From assembly GCF_000025925.1 (NCBI RefSeq), contig NC_014033.1:510001-542000 (forward strand): a stretch of DNA of 32,000 bases, read 5' to 3'. Under the pieces are notes generated by a model. The model saw nothing but the letters and a program-made list of their open reading frames with translations, searched no databases and had not been told where the DNA came from. This document shows positions 19,340-28,630 of this stretch, piece by piece. This DNA is from Xylanibacter ruminicola 23. GTDB lineage: Bacteria; Bacteroidota; Bacteroidia; Bacteroidales; Bacteroidaceae. Within the stretch, counting starts at the first letter, position 1. Each line of letters opens with the position of its first letter. A program made the position numbers and the translations under genes.

Positions 19340-20244
19340 TGAAGAACGTAATAGTAACTGGTGCCAATGGCTTTATTGGTAGCACGCTGGTCAACAACCT
19401 CCTGAAGAATGGAGTGAAGGTGGTAGCTATTGATATCTCATTTGCGGCACCCAGAATCCCTGATTGCGATAAGGTTGTGAAACTGGAAGTAGGTTTGGAT
19501 GAAATAGAAAAACTGAAGAGTCTGATTCCTACTGGTGAGTATGATGCTATGTACCATCTTGCCTGGGCTGGTGTAAATGGCCCCAGTAAGGCAGACCCTA
19601 CAGTACAGTTGAACAATATACAGTTGGGTATCAATTGTGCTCAACTATGTAAAGCCATTGGCGTTAAGAAATTGCTTTGTGCCGGTACTGTAGCTGAACA
19701 GGCTGTTCATAGCCTCCCCAATCTTTCTCAGACTAGTGGTGGTATGATGTATGGTGTTGCCAAGCATTGTGCACACCTGATGCTTGAAGACTATTGCAAG
19801 AATATTGGCTTGCAGTTTGTCTGGATGCAATTCTCTAATATCTATGGAGTTGGGAACAAGACCGGCAACTTAGTAAGCTATACCTTAGGAGAACTCCTAA
19901 AAGGTAACGAAGCCACTTTTGGCCCAGCAGCACAGCCATATGACTTCATCTATGTGGATGATTTACTAGAGGCTGTCTATCGCTTAGGAGCTTCCGAAAC
20001 CAAACAGGCCTGCTATTATATTGGTTCTGGTTCTCCACGCATTCTGAAAGAGTATCTCTTGAAGATTGGTGAACTGGCAGTTATGCAGGACAAGGTTGGT
20101 ATTGGTATCCGTCCTGATGATGGCATCAAGTATGATTTCACTATGTTTGACATCACGCCATTGAAGGAGGCTATAGGTGACTATGTGAGCACTCCATTTG
20201 AGGAAGGCATAAAGAAAACGATTAACTGGTTAAAAGAGCAATAA
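19336..20244 (+). CDS. NAD(P)-dependent sugar epimerase/reductase (extended SDR)
   Basis: 302 aa. Motifs VTGANGFIGS and YGVAKHC (YxxxK). ATGA overlap with the rfbG stop. Confidence 0.8.
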   Translation: MMKNVIVTGANGFIGSTLVNNLLKNGVKVVAIDISFAAPRIPDCDKVVKLEVGLDEIEKLKSLIPTGEYDAMYHLAWAGVNGPSKADPTVQLNNIQLGINCAQLCKAIGVKKLLCAGTVAEQAVHSLPNLSQTSGGMMYGVAKHCAHLMLEDYCKNIGLQFVWMQFSNIYGVGNKTGNLVSYTLGELLKGNEATFGPAAQPYDFIYVDDLLEAVYRLGASETKQACYYIGSGSPRILKEYLLKIGELAVMQDKVGIGIRPDDGIKYDFTMFDITPLKEAIGDYVSTPFEEGIKKTINWLKEQ

Positions 20245-20813
20245 TGATAACAAAATTCAATTTTGAAGAGTTAGACCTCAAAGGAGCATATAAGATTCAG
20301 CCGTTCTATGCAACGGATGAACGTGGTGGTTTTGTAAAGGACTATAATATTGATATGTTCAAAGCTAATGGCATTGAGCATGAGTTGAAAGAGGTGTTCT
20401 ATACCATCTCTAAACGTGGAGTCATTCGTGCCATGCACTTCCAGTTGGTAAAGCAACAGGCAAAATTGGTGCGATGCGTCAGTGGTCATGTATACGATGT
20501 GATTGCAGACTTGCGCCCAGATTCGCCAACCTTTGGACAGTGGAGAGGTTTTCATTTGACTGGTGATAACCAGGTAGAACTGTACATACCTCAGTACTTT
20601 GGGCACGGTTATTTGGTAATTGAAGATTCTGTGGTTTCATATAAATGTGGTGAGGTATTCTATGGCGAAGGTGATAGTGGAATTATGTATAATGACCCTG
20701 ACCTTGCCATTGAGTGGCCCATGGATTTAATTGGTGGTGAAGAGAAGCTGATTATTTCTGAAAAAGATAAAAATCTGATGAGCTTTAAAGATTACAATAA
20801 TATAGTTAAATAG
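20244..20813 (+). CDS. RmlC-like sugar-nucleotide 3,5-epimerase (cupin)
   Basis: 189 aa. Motifs DERGGF, IRAMHFQ, KLVRCVSGHVYDVIADLR, SPTFGQW, FGHGYL, SYKC. TAATG overlap with the previous gene. Confidence 0.8.
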   Translation: MITKFNFEELDLKGAYKIQPFYATDERGGFVKDYNIDMFKANGIEHELKEVFYTISKRGVIRAMHFQLVKQQAKLVRCVSGHVYDVIADLRPDSPTFGQWRGFHLTGDNQVELYIPQYFGHGYLVIEDSVVSYKCGEVFYGEGDSGIMYNDPDLAIEWPMDLIGGEEKLIISEKDKNLMSFKDYNNIVK

Positions 20814-20819
20814 ATTATT

Positions 20820-21788
20820 ATGGTTAAACATCCAGTTTTATTCGAAACGTTCGCTCGTCCAGAATATGCCCGGCCAGTTTTTGAATCTATTAAACGTGCA
20901 AAACCACGAAAATTGTATTTTTATTCAAACAAAGCACGTTCAGATAGAGAAGATGAACTTAAAAAGAATGAGGAAATTAGATCATGGGTTTATGAGATAG
21001 ATTGGGATTGTGAAGTACATACATGGTTTAGGGATGAGTATGTTGATGTTTATACTTCATTGATGGGATCTAAGAGATGGTTATTCTCTCATGAAGACAC
21101 GATGATAACACTTGAAGAAGATTGTTTGCCATCTCAAGCTTTTTTTAAATATTGCGATTATTTTTTAGATTATTATAAAGACGAAAAGCGTATTGGCTTC
21201 ATAACTGGCGACAATTACACAAAGGGATTTAATACCAAAGGGGTTGACCATTTTATAACTCGTTCGATACACCATTTTGGATGGGCAACGTGGAAAGATC
21301 GATGGGAATCTTATGATTTCGATTTGATCCCTGAAGACATAATATTCAATGAATATATAGAAAAATACTTTAGCAATGATCTAGTTTTAAGATTGTATTA
21401 TAAGTATCTTTATATTGGTCTCATCCCTTTTATTAATAGGACAAAATGTTGGGATTACATGAAGGTTCTTAATCAATTTCGTGATGGTTCATTTGCAGTA
21501 TCACCCATATATAATCTTGTTCAAAATGTAGGCTTAAACGGTATGCATACCCACAATGGTAAAGGACCTGAATTTGAATTTGGAAATAATGATGATAAAG
21601 GGAACTATCCATTTACATATAAGCCAATTCCTGTTTTGCCGAATGAAATGTATGATTATGCAGAATCGTTGTCAGAAGGTTTACGTAAAAAAGCACCTTT
21701 AGTAAAGAAAATCTTACGATTAGAAATAAAATATAGATATCCTATTATTTACAACCTACTGAAAAAGATACGAAACTTTTATAGATAA
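20820..21788 (+). CDS. Putative GT-A fold glycosyltransferase (GNT-I / HlpA-like family)
   Basis: 322 aa. N-terminus PVLFETFARPEYARPVFESIKRAKPRKLYFYSN and LEEDCLPSQAFFKYC resemble the bacterial GNT-I-like family as I recall it; not verified. Confidence 0.5.
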   Translation: MVKHPVLFETFARPEYARPVFESIKRAKPRKLYFYSNKARSDREDELKKNEEIRSWVYEIDWDCEVHTWFRDEYVDVYTSLMGSKRWLFSHEDTMITLEEDCLPSQAFFKYCDYFLDYYKDEKRIGFITGDNYTKGFNTKGVDHFITRSIHHFGWATWKDRWESYDFDLIPEDIIFNEYIEKYFSNDLVLRLYYKYLYIGLIPFINRTKCWDYMKVLNQFRDGSFAVSPIYNLVQNVGLNGMHTHNGKGPEFEFGNNDDKGNYPFTYKPIPVLPNEMYDYAESLSEGLRKKAPLVKKILRLEIKYRYPIIYNLLKKIRNFYR

Positions 21789-21792
21789 TTTC

Positions 21793-23316
21793 ATGGACTA
21801 TTCTACCGGAAATAAAAAAATCGCTATAAATACGTTTGTCATATATGCGAGAATGATAATCGGCATCCTGATAGGATTACTGACCACTCGATATGTGCTT
21901 AAAGCCTTAGGCGTAAGTGATTATGGCTTATATAATGTCTTGGGAGGCATTGTGACTATGCTTAATATTGTTGGAATAGCAATGCATACTACAACGCGGC
22001 GTTATATAAACGTTGAAATGGGAAAACAAAAGGATGGTAATCTGAATAAAGTTTTTAATATTAGTATTGCAATTCATATATTACTTGCAGGTTTGTTGCT
22101 TCTTGTCGCTATGACAGTTGGCATTTGGTATATCTTTTCATATTTGCAAATAAATCCCAACAAACTATATGATGCGTTATTTGTTTTTATACTTTCTACC
22201 ATTGTGGCAAGCATAAATCTAATTATGATTCCATTCCAGGGATTAATGACCGCATTAGAGAAATTTTTCCAAATGTCCATTTTCCAAATTGTTTCTGCAC
22301 TACTTAAAATACCTTTAGTTGTGCTGTTATTAATGTATCAAGGTAATGTCCTTCGGTTCTACGCTATTGGGATGTGTGTCGTTACTACTATGTCTTTTCT
22401 TTTAATGGGTATATATTGTTTTGTTTATCATTATCCAATTGTTAGACCGCGAATATATAAAGATAAGATTTTGTTTAAAGAAATGCTTTCTTATAATAAT
22501 TATACAACAATTGGTGCTGCGGCCTATCTTTCAAGAAGTCAAGGTAGTACGATTATTATAAATTATTTCTTTGGGACTATGGTTAATGGAGCTTTTGCTA
22601 TTGCCAATCAAATAGAGAATTTTGTTATTCAATTTGTTAACAACCTTAATACTGCTGCAACACCTCAGATTACCCAATATTATTCTTCAAATGATAAAAA
22701 TCGTGCTTTTGCCCTTGTTGAAAAAGTTTCAAAGTATAGCATTTATGTGATGTTACTTATTGTCTTTCCTGTCTGGATAGAATTGGAATTTTTATTAAAA
22801 TTATGGTTGGGAACTATACCAGACCAAACACTTGTATTATGTCAGTGGACACTATTGAGTATATTTATAAGATCGATTGCAGCAGGTATAGATCCAATAA
22901 TTCAAGCGACAGGTCAAATCAAGTGGTATCAATTATCTGCTAGCTCATTGTTACTGATAGGATTACCAATATCTTTCTGCCTCTTTGCAATAGGCTTCAG
23001 ACCCTATGCTATAATTCTTGCATTTATTCTGACAGATGTTGTTTATAAAGCAGTTCAATTCTATTTCCTGGCTAAACTTACAACATATAGAATAAGTTCT
23101 TTTGTAAAAAATGTCTACAACCCATCACTAAGAATCGTTTTAGTTTTATCTCTTTATTGTTGTGTGTATAATATGTTGCTTACTAAAGCTGATTTCGTTA
23201 TTCATGTCGTCGGGCTTATTTTGACAGTTCTGTTTACTATTGCTACTTTATATGTTTTGGGGTTGACGAGAAATGAGCAGTTTGCATTATGTTCGAGATT
23301 AAAAAAGAAATTTTAA
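21793..23316 (+). CDS. wzx: Polysaccharide flippase (Wzx, MOP superfamily)
   Basis: 507 aa with about 12-14 hydrophobic segments. Typical position in a Wzy-dependent locus. Confidence 0.75.
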   Translation: MDYSTGNKKIAINTFVIYARMIIGILIGLLTTRYVLKALGVSDYGLYNVLGGIVTMLNIVGIAMHTTTRRYINVEMGKQKDGNLNKVFNISIAIHILLAGLLLLVAMTVGIWYIFSYLQINPNKLYDALFVFILSTIVASINLIMIPFQGLMTALEKFFQMSIFQIVSALLKIPLVVLLLMYQGNVLRFYAIGMCVVTTMSFLLMGIYCFVYHYPIVRPRIYKDKILFKEMLSYNNYTTIGAAAYLSRSQGSTIIINYFFGTMVNGAFAIANQIENFVIQFVNNLNTAATPQITQYYSSNDKNRAFALVEKVSKYSIYVMLLIVFPVWIELEFLLKLWLGTIPDQTLVLCQWTLLSIFIRSIAAGIDPIIQATGQIKWYQLSASSLLLIGLPISFCLFAIGFRPYAIILAFILTDVVYKAVQFYFLAKLTTYRISSFVKNVYNPSLRIVLVLSLYCCVYNMLLTKADFVIHVVGLILTVLFTIATLYVLGLTRNEQFALCSRLKKKF

Positions 23317-24456
23317 ATGAGAATTCTGTATGACCATCAGGCTTTCCAGTATCAGAAATATGGAGGTGTTTCAAATTGTTTTGTTAAGTTAATAGAAAAC
23401 CTTCCACCAGATATAGATTACGAGATAGCAATTTGTGAGACTGATAATGAACATTTGAGAAATTCTAATTTAGTTGATGTACCAAAAGAGAGGCTTTCCT
23501 TTAGAAACTTTATCTCTCATAATAGCTTTAAGGGGAAGTCTCGTTTGTATAATACGATTACATCTATTCTCCCGTTTTTTACAACTTCAGGAAGAAATTT
23601 GAAGAAAAGCATTGAGTTGCTAAACAAACAGGATTTCGATGTATTTCATCCAACATATTTTGATGGGTATTTTTTACCTTACCTTAAGAATAAGCCGTTT
23701 GTTTTGACAGTACATGATATGATTCCTGAACTCATGTTCAAGAAAGTGGATTTACAAGCTAGAATGAAACCTATATTATGTGATAAAGCGGCTCATATTA
23801 TTGCTGTTTCAGAGAAAACCAAGAAGGACCTAGTCGACATTCTAAATGTACCACAACAGAAGATTTCTGTTATATATCATGGCGCTCCTGATAAGGAAAA
23901 CAGTCTTCTTTCCACGCCTATTATGGAAGGAAAATACATTTTATATGTAGGCATGAGGCATTTATATAAGAATTTTATTCCTATGGTAAAGTCTTTGGTT
24001 CCTATTTTACATCGCCGACCAGATATTAGTATAGTCTGTACAGGGCCAGATTTTACAGATGAGGAGAATAGATTATTTAAAACTCTTCGTGTTGAAAGAA
24101 ATATGATACACATGAGAGCATCTGACGAAGAACTTGTCAATTTATATAGATTCGCCCTTTGTTTCATATATCCATCTGAGTATGAAGGATTTGGAATTCC
24201 AATATTAGAAGCATATAAGGCCAAATGTCCAGTATTGCTAAATCATGCAAGTTGTTTCCCTGAAATCGCTGGTGATGCTGCTGTTTATTTCCATTTGGAT
24301 AATATACAATCTGACTTGAATCAGGTAATGGAACAATTTCTTAATTTTTCAGTAAGAGAACGGTTAGATTTACTGGCTAGGCAAAACGAAAGGTTAAAAA
24401 GGTATTCTTGGGAGAAATCAGCCAGGAAGTTGGCAGAGATATACCGTAATTTATAA
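23317..24456 (+). CDS. Glycosyltransferase family 1 (GT4-type, GT-B fold)
   Basis: 379 aa. EX7E motif EYEGFGIPILEA. Start immediately follows the wzx stop. Confidence 0.85.
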   Translation: MRILYDHQAFQYQKYGGVSNCFVKLIENLPPDIDYEIAICETDNEHLRNSNLVDVPKERLSFRNFISHNSFKGKSRLYNTITSILPFFTTSGRNLKKSIELLNKQDFDVFHPTYFDGYFLPYLKNKPFVLTVHDMIPELMFKKVDLQARMKPILCDKAAHIIAVSEKTKKDLVDILNVPQQKISVIYHGAPDKENSLLSTPIMEGKYILYVGMRHLYKNFIPMVKSLVPILHRRPDISIVCTGPDFTDEENRLFKTLRVERNMIHMRASDEELVNLYRFALCFIYPSEYEGFGIPILEAYKAKCPVLLNHASCFPEIAGDAAVYFHLDNIQSDLNQVMEQFLNFSVRERLDLLARQNERLKRYSWEKSARKLAEIYRNL

Positions 24457-24480
24457 AAATCACAAGCTTTTATTTACGCT

Positions 24481-25626
24481 ATGAATATAGGTGTAGTTTT
24501 TATATATTTGGTTACCTTTTCACTAATGTTCTATTTTACGCCAGTTCTATATCACGTAAATGCCAGTGTGCTTAATGCTTTTATGGAATTGTCAACAATA
24601 GGATTATGCATCTTTAGGACAAAAGAAATATTTAATAATAAAATATTGCTACCTGTCTTTATTTATATGTTTGCATTGTTCTTAGGAGCTTTTGTCCTTT
24701 TCCCTAAAAGTGTAAGTTATTATTTCGGCTTTGCGTCCCCTATGCTGTTATGCCTTTCTATAAAAAATGAAGATTACCGGTATTTAAAACCATTGTTTGT
24801 ACTAATTGTTGCTTTATTAATATCAAATGTATTAATTGCGTATTATGAAAGATTTTCAATGACTCATTTATTCGAGGTTAATGCCAAGGTAAATAAAATG
24901 GACCTTTTGTCTGAGATCTATGATGATGTGAATGATGAAAATCATTATAGGGCTATGGCTCTTTTTGGGCACCCTCTAACGAATTCTAATATTTTAATGT
25001 TCTTATCTTTTGCAGTTTACTTCTCTAAAATAATGCCATCAATCCTGAATAAAATTTTTCTATTTGTGTCTCTCTTGTCAATATTTTATGCTTTTCAATC
25101 AAGAGGTGCTGCAATTATATCTGTGTTATTATTAATTATAGTGTTTTGGCGGGACTTGATGAAACAGAATAATATACTGAAAGTTTTGGAATTGTTTATC
25201 ATCGGTCTAATTATATTTTATATTTTTGAAAATATTGAAGAAATTGCTCCAAGATTTATTGCAAATGGTGCTGACGATGAGTCATCGATGTATCGAATAT
25301 GGACGTTAAATTTCTACCTATCTTTGCCGTTTACAGATAAACTATTGGGAGGGGTAGAGAATCCTTTCGGTGAGAATGGCATAATAATGATACTTGGTGA
25401 GTATGGAATGATTGTTGGTGGCATATTTGTTCTGTCTGCACTAATTATCTGGTGGAAAGTTCTTAAGGGACTTCCAGTAATAGAAAAATTAGTTTTATAT
25501 GTTGGTTTTGTCTTACTCGCAAGTATGAACAATAATTTGTATTATATGATGGTTCCTGCTATGTATATGATAACAGTTTTGTTTATTAGTAGAGCCAGCC
25601 TGTATAGAAACTTAAGTAAAAAATGA
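24481..25626 (+). CDS. wzy: O-antigen/capsule repeat-unit polymerase (Wzy-like) membrane protein
   Basis: 381 aa, about 10 hydrophobic segments and very AT-rich. Assigned by context with the flippase and transferases. Confidence 0.6.
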   Translation: MNIGVVFIYLVTFSLMFYFTPVLYHVNASVLNAFMELSTIGLCIFRTKEIFNNKILLPVFIYMFALFLGAFVLFPKSVSYYFGFASPMLLCLSIKNEDYRYLKPLFVLIVALLISNVLIAYYERFSMTHLFEVNAKVNKMDLLSEIYDDVNDENHYRAMALFGHPLTNSNILMFLSFAVYFSKIMPSILNKIFLFVSLLSIFYAFQSRGAAIISVLLLIIVFWRDLMKQNNILKVLELFIIGLIIFYIFENIEEIAPRFIANGADDESSMYRIWTLNFYLSLPFTDKLLGGVENPFGENGIIMILGEYGMIVGGIFVLSALIIWWKVLKGLPVIEKLVLYVGFVLLASMNNNLYYMMVPAMYMITVLFISRASLYRNLSKK

Positions 25627-26402
25627 ATAAAACAATTTCAATTATTACGGTTGTCTTTAATGATAAAGATGGTTTAGAAAGAACCATTAATTCTGTTCTT
25701 ACTCAATCTTATTCTTCATTAGAATATATCATTATTGATGGGGGAAGTACGGATGGTACATTAAATGTCATAAAAGAAAAACAAGATAAAATCAGTAAGT
25801 GGATTAGCGAACCTGATAAAGGTATTTATGATGCTATGAATAAAGGAATAAAGATGGCATCAAGTGAGTGGCTTTGTTTTATGAATGCAGGTGATATATT
25901 CACTAATGAATGTGTAATAGAAAAAGTTTTTAGTGGAGACATCCCCAAAAGCATAGATTTCCTGTATTCAGATATATATGTCCTTAACAAGAAAAAGGAA
26001 AGGATTGTTAGAAAAATGGACTTCCATACAGGAAGCCTCATTCATCAATGTATTATCTATAAAAGGAAGCTTCATGATGTACATGGATTATATGTTGTGA
26101 CTCCAAAGATTATCATTTCTGATTTTATTTTCTTTGCTCAGATCCCGGAAGAAAGTGTTATGAAAATCACTCCAATTATTGCAGTTTTTGAAGGCGGTGG
26201 AATTTCTCAACAAGGTAACTGGGCCCAGCAGCAAGCATATTGTTTGGATGTCGTTTTCAGAAGGAGGACTTTCTGGGGTATGGTTACTGCTTACACATGG
26301 AAACGACTAAAGGCCTTAATGCCGAGCGAAAAAAAAGATTTTATAAAGAGACATCTGGGTTTGGATTATAAAGGAAATGACATCAACAGTTCTAATCATT
26401 GA
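25623..26402 (+). CDS. Glycosyltransferase family 2
   Basis: 259 aa. Motifs ISIITVVFND, IIIDGGSTDGT, DAMNKG. ATGA overlap with the wzy stop. Confidence 0.85.
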   Translation: MNKTISIITVVFNDKDGLERTINSVLTQSYSSLEYIIIDGGSTDGTLNVIKEKQDKISKWISEPDKGIYDAMNKGIKMASSEWLCFMNAGDIFTNECVIEKVFSGDIPKSIDFLYSDIYVLNKKKERIVRKMDFHTGSLIHQCIIYKRKLHDVHGLYVVTPKIIISDFIFFAQIPEESVMKITPIIAVFEGGGISQQGNWAQQQAYCLDVVFRRRTFWGMVTAYTWKRLKALMPSEKKDFIKRHLGLDYKGNDINSSNH

Positions 26403-27039
26403 CATCTGTGGTACATTGTATCAATCTAATACGACGTTCGACTTTATTAAATATCACTTTGGTACAAAACGTCGATATAAGATTATTGGTTTGCTTAGAA
26501 AAAATCGCGTTATATGCAAACTTAATCATATTTTCTTTAAGCTGACTGGCTGTGATATAATGCGCATGGAGCTGATACAACTTCTATGTGGATATTCCAA
26601 GAATGAATTATCAAAGAAGGTATCCGAGTTTTATGAGAAATTTTTATTGCCAAGAAAAAACTTGGATTGCTTTGGGGTTATTGATCGTTATCGTAATAAA
26701 GGTGCACAATTGATATTAGTTTCGGCAACATTAGACATTATTGCTGAGGAAGTGTCGAGAATGGAGAATGTCCCGATTTGGGCTGCATCTGAACTTCTTT
26801 TTAAAGAAGGATGTTGTAGCGGAAAATTAGGCTGTGACTTATTAAAGGGGAAATTAGAAAAAACGTTAGAGCTAACAGGCGGAATTTCATTTGATGTTAT
26901 TACAGATAATTATGGTGATGCTGACATTATTAGAGCTTCGAAACATGCCTATTTGGTACAATACGACAATAAACGAGACAAATGGGCTCGATATTTAAAT
27001 CAAAACACATTAATGAAATGCGAATATATCCGTATCTGA
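26377..27039 (+). CDS. HAD-superfamily (IB-like) protein with atypical motif I (DICGT)
   Basis: 220 aa. Motif I IIDICGTLY, motif II LVSATLD, motif III K in KGKLEK, motif IV TDNYGDADII. Overlaps the GT2 3' end by 26 nt. Confidence 0.65.
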   Translation: MTSTVLIIDICGTLYQSNTTFDFIKYHFGTKRRYKIIGLLRKNRVICKLNHIFFKLTGCDIMRMELIQLLCGYSKNELSKKVSEFYEKFLLPRKNLDCFGVIDRYRNKGAQLILVSATLDIIAEEVSRMENVPIWAASELLFKEGCCSGKLGCDLLKGKLEKTLELTGGISFDVITDNYGDADIIRASKHAYLVQYDNKRDKWARYLNQNTLMKCEYIRI

Positions 27040-27803
27040 CATTCTTTATTCCTGGTTACTATACTTTAAGGACACGACATTCTTCGACAAAAGGTGTCGT
27101 TAGGTTTATATTGACTTATTTCTTGCCCATATTCCTATTCTTAGTATGGAGAGAATACTCAATAGTAAATTTGTTGTTAGGTTTTCTGTTGGTTTATGTT
27201 TTATATGAGGTTGGATATATTGAGAACGATTGCGAGACGATAAAGAAGGAATCGAATCCTACGCTCCGTTTAAAATCCACAGAATATCAATTATATGAGA
27301 AGCATCGTATCAGTATTTATACAGGAAAGATTGTCGCTGCAGTATTAATTGCAGCCCTTTTGTATGTGCGTAGAGTGAATTTGCTGATATGTTTATTTTC
27401 ATTCATATTAATTCCTTCTTATCTCGTTTACAACAGAATTAGATGCAAATGGAATTTAGTACTCCATGCCTGGTTGATGTTTGTAAGGTATTATGCACCA
27501 ATTCTGATCTCGTTGGGTGTTTTTTTTAGCAAGGATGCCATTGCTATTCTATTCGTATATCCAGTCAGAGTTATGATAGAGTTAAGTGTAAAGGGTAAGT
27601 TTGGGGGATATGAAAATATAATCGTTAAGCGTTTCCTACTTCACGAATACTCGAATTTTCAGCAATACAGATTCAGATATTATAGCTTTACAACACTTTT
27701 TATGCTATTGTTGTTATGGATGAAAATAATTGATATGCCAATATTCTTTATATACTTTTATTATCTTATGTTTACCATCTTTTCAATGAGACTCCCGAAT
27801 TGA
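26982..27803 (+). CDS. Polytopic membrane protein of unknown function (weak UbiA-like YxxND motif)
   Basis: 273 aa with about 7-8 hydrophobic segments and the loop motif YEVGYIENDCETIKKE. Start uncertain: ATG 26982 or in-frame ATG 27018. Either overlaps the HAD gene 3' end. Confidence 0.5.
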   Translation: MGSIFKSKHINEMRIYPYLTFFIPGYYTLRTRHSSTKGVVRFILTYFLPIFLFLVWREYSIVNLLLGFLLVYVLYEVGYIENDCETIKKESNPTLRLKSTEYQLYEKHRISIYTGKIVAAVLIAALLYVRRVNLLICLFSFILIPSYLVYNRIRCKWNLVLHAWLMFVRYYAPILISLGVFFSKDAIAILFVYPVRVMIELSVKGKFGGYENIIVKRFLLHEYSNFQQYRFRYYSFTTLFMLLLLWMKIIDMPIFFIYFYYLMFTIFSMRLPN

Positions 27804-27867
27804 GATGACGCAACATAGAGGAAATAGTCCCTTATACAACAAATATTAATTTAGATAGTTACGCATA

Positions 27868-28623
27868 ATGGAACCAATTATTATTGCAGGACCTTGTGTT
27901 ATAGAATCCAGTGATTGTCTTGACGAGGTCGCAAAGGAAATAGTCCGTATCAACAGAAAGTACGGTATAAACATAATTTTCAAGTCTTCTTTTGATAAGG
28001 CAAATAGAACTAGTATTAGTTCTTATCGTGGGCCTGGTATGGAAAAAGGTCTTATTATGTTGAATGATATTCGCGAGAAGTATGGCCTGAAGCTCCTCAC
28101 AGATATTCATGAGTCATATCAAGCTGCTCCAGCTGGAGAAGTTGTAGATGTGTTGCAGATACCAGCCTTCTTATGTCGACAAACAGATTTGCTAGTTGCT
28201 GCAGCCAACACAGGAAAAGTGGTAAATATTAAGAAAGCCCAGTTCTTGAGTGGTATGGATATGGAATATCCCGTACAGAAAGTACGCGAGAGTGGTAACG
28301 ATAGAGTTTGGCTCACTGAGCGTGGTAATATGTATGGATACAATAACCTCGCGGTGGATTTCCGTAATATTGCCGATATGAAGAAGTTTACTGATACTGT
28401 TATCATGGATTGCACTCACTCTGTGCAACGACCAGGTGCTGCTGGCGGAAAAACTGGAGGCAATAGAGAGTTTGTGCCAGCTATGGCTCTGGCAGCAAAA
28501 GCTTTTGGTGCTACAGGTTTCTTTTTCGAAATTCATCCTGACCCAGATAACGCATTGAGCGATGGTCCCAACATGGTGGCATTAAAGGATTTTGAATCTA
28601 TTGTAAAATCGTTGATAGATTAA
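27868..28623 (+). CDS. kdsA: 3-deoxy-8-phosphooctulonate (Kdo-8-P) synthase, Cys (metal-dependent) type
   Basis: 251 aa. Motifs AGPCVIES, FKSSFDKANRTS, SYRGPG, LQIPAFLCRQTDL, DCTHS, HPDPD. Collinear with E. coli KdsA as I recall it. Confidence 0.9.
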   Translation: MEPIIIAGPCVIESSDCLDEVAKEIVRINRKYGINIIFKSSFDKANRTSISSYRGPGMEKGLIMLNDIREKYGLKLLTDIHESYQAAPAGEVVDVLQIPAFLCRQTDLLVAAANTGKVVNIKKAQFLSGMDMEYPVQKVRESGNDRVWLTERGNMYGYNNLAVDFRNIADMKKFTDTVIMDCTHSVQRPGAAGGKTGGNREFVPAMALAAKAFGATGFFFEIHPDPDNALSDGPNMVALKDFESIVKSLID

Positions 28624-28630
28624 ATATTTT

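Noticed and set aside
19104-19634. 176-aa minus-strand ORF spanning the rfbG/SDR junction.
   Set aside because: It is antisense to two strongly supported genes and has no motifs.
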